A DNA stretch of 63,551 bases, the filler included, from Rhabdomonas costata (Eukaryota), in the NCBI GenBank assembly GCA_019059605.1. It is 22 parts of 22 records of this genome, joined end to end, with 100 filler letters (N's around TTAATTAATTAA, not from the genome) between each part and the next. Parts side by side here need not be neighbours in the genome. Positions count along the whole stretch, not along the records: positions 60,765 to 63,551 come from JAHMHO010002058.1; 21 more parts are not named here. The stretch is one strand, 5' to 3'. Positions 63,209 through 63,551 of this stretch are shown in pieces. Numbering within the stretch: the stretch's first letter is position 1; each line of letters starts with the position of its first letter. The translations under genes were made by a program, and so were the position numbers. A model generated the notes under the pieces. The model did not search any database, had not been told where the DNA came from, and saw only the letters and a program-made list of their open reading frames with translations.

Positions 63209-63551
63209 TGTGCACATGTGTGCACGTATATATCAGGGATCGGGATGACATGACCCTGCATGACAAACTGTGACATGGCAATCGGCATGGACGTGATTGT
63301 GGTTATGGCACGAATGCACCAATGGCCCGATTGTGTTGCCGGTGAGGGCAAAACTGTTGGGCGGGATTTTAGGCTACCAAAAATAAAACAGCAGGTGAAG
63401 ATTGGAGAATTTGCGGTGAGCGCTTACACTCTTCTCTAAATAAGCGTTCGCTGTAGACCATGATAGCACGGCAGGCAGTTCGTTCGCGTCGATCTCCTTC
63501 CATGTCCCGTTCTCTTCCCACTGTAGTTGCACTGCCTGCTTCCCACCACCC

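Noticed and set aside
1-63551. A multi-gene system (e.g. RT plus ART plus recombinase as a retron-like or defence locus)
   Set aside because: The components lie on different unlinked contigs ordered by length, so adjacency is meaningless. The genes are eukaryotic with introns.

Overview
This window is not one locus. It is 22 unrelated eukaryotic contigs of about 2.8 kb, roughly sorted by size and joined by artificial N44-TTAATTAATTAA-N44 spacers. Most contigs start with a G/T-only run and end with an A/C-only run, and several ends carry fold-back duplications, which suggests a whole-genome-amplified (single-cell) protist library. Genes are intron-rich fragments with GT-AG introns (one GC-AG) and a pyrimidine at donor +4. 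They include PP4R3/SMK-1, a bacterial-type aldehyde dehydrogenase, a decayed CAMK-like kinase, a five-exon modular secreted lysozyme-like protein, SUMO, a Cys-rich ETDVDCGG-repeat protein, an R-S-E ADP-ribosyltransferase, WS/DGAT, hemerythrin, a membrane receptor N-terminus, a family-16 methyltransferase and an NDR kinase. The most striking signal is the mobile DNA. Decayed Penelope-like reverse transcriptase relics appear in about 5 of 22 contigs, three clearly homologous to each other, with no GIY-YIG endonuclease visible and a long uncharacterised C-terminal extension in the best copy. There are also CRE-like, RTE-like and tyrosine-recombinase relics and degenerate (TAACCC)n islands. Several features hint at a euglenozoan host, but that is inference. 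No novel system can be proven from sequence alone; all family assignments are by-eye motif recognition with no database search.
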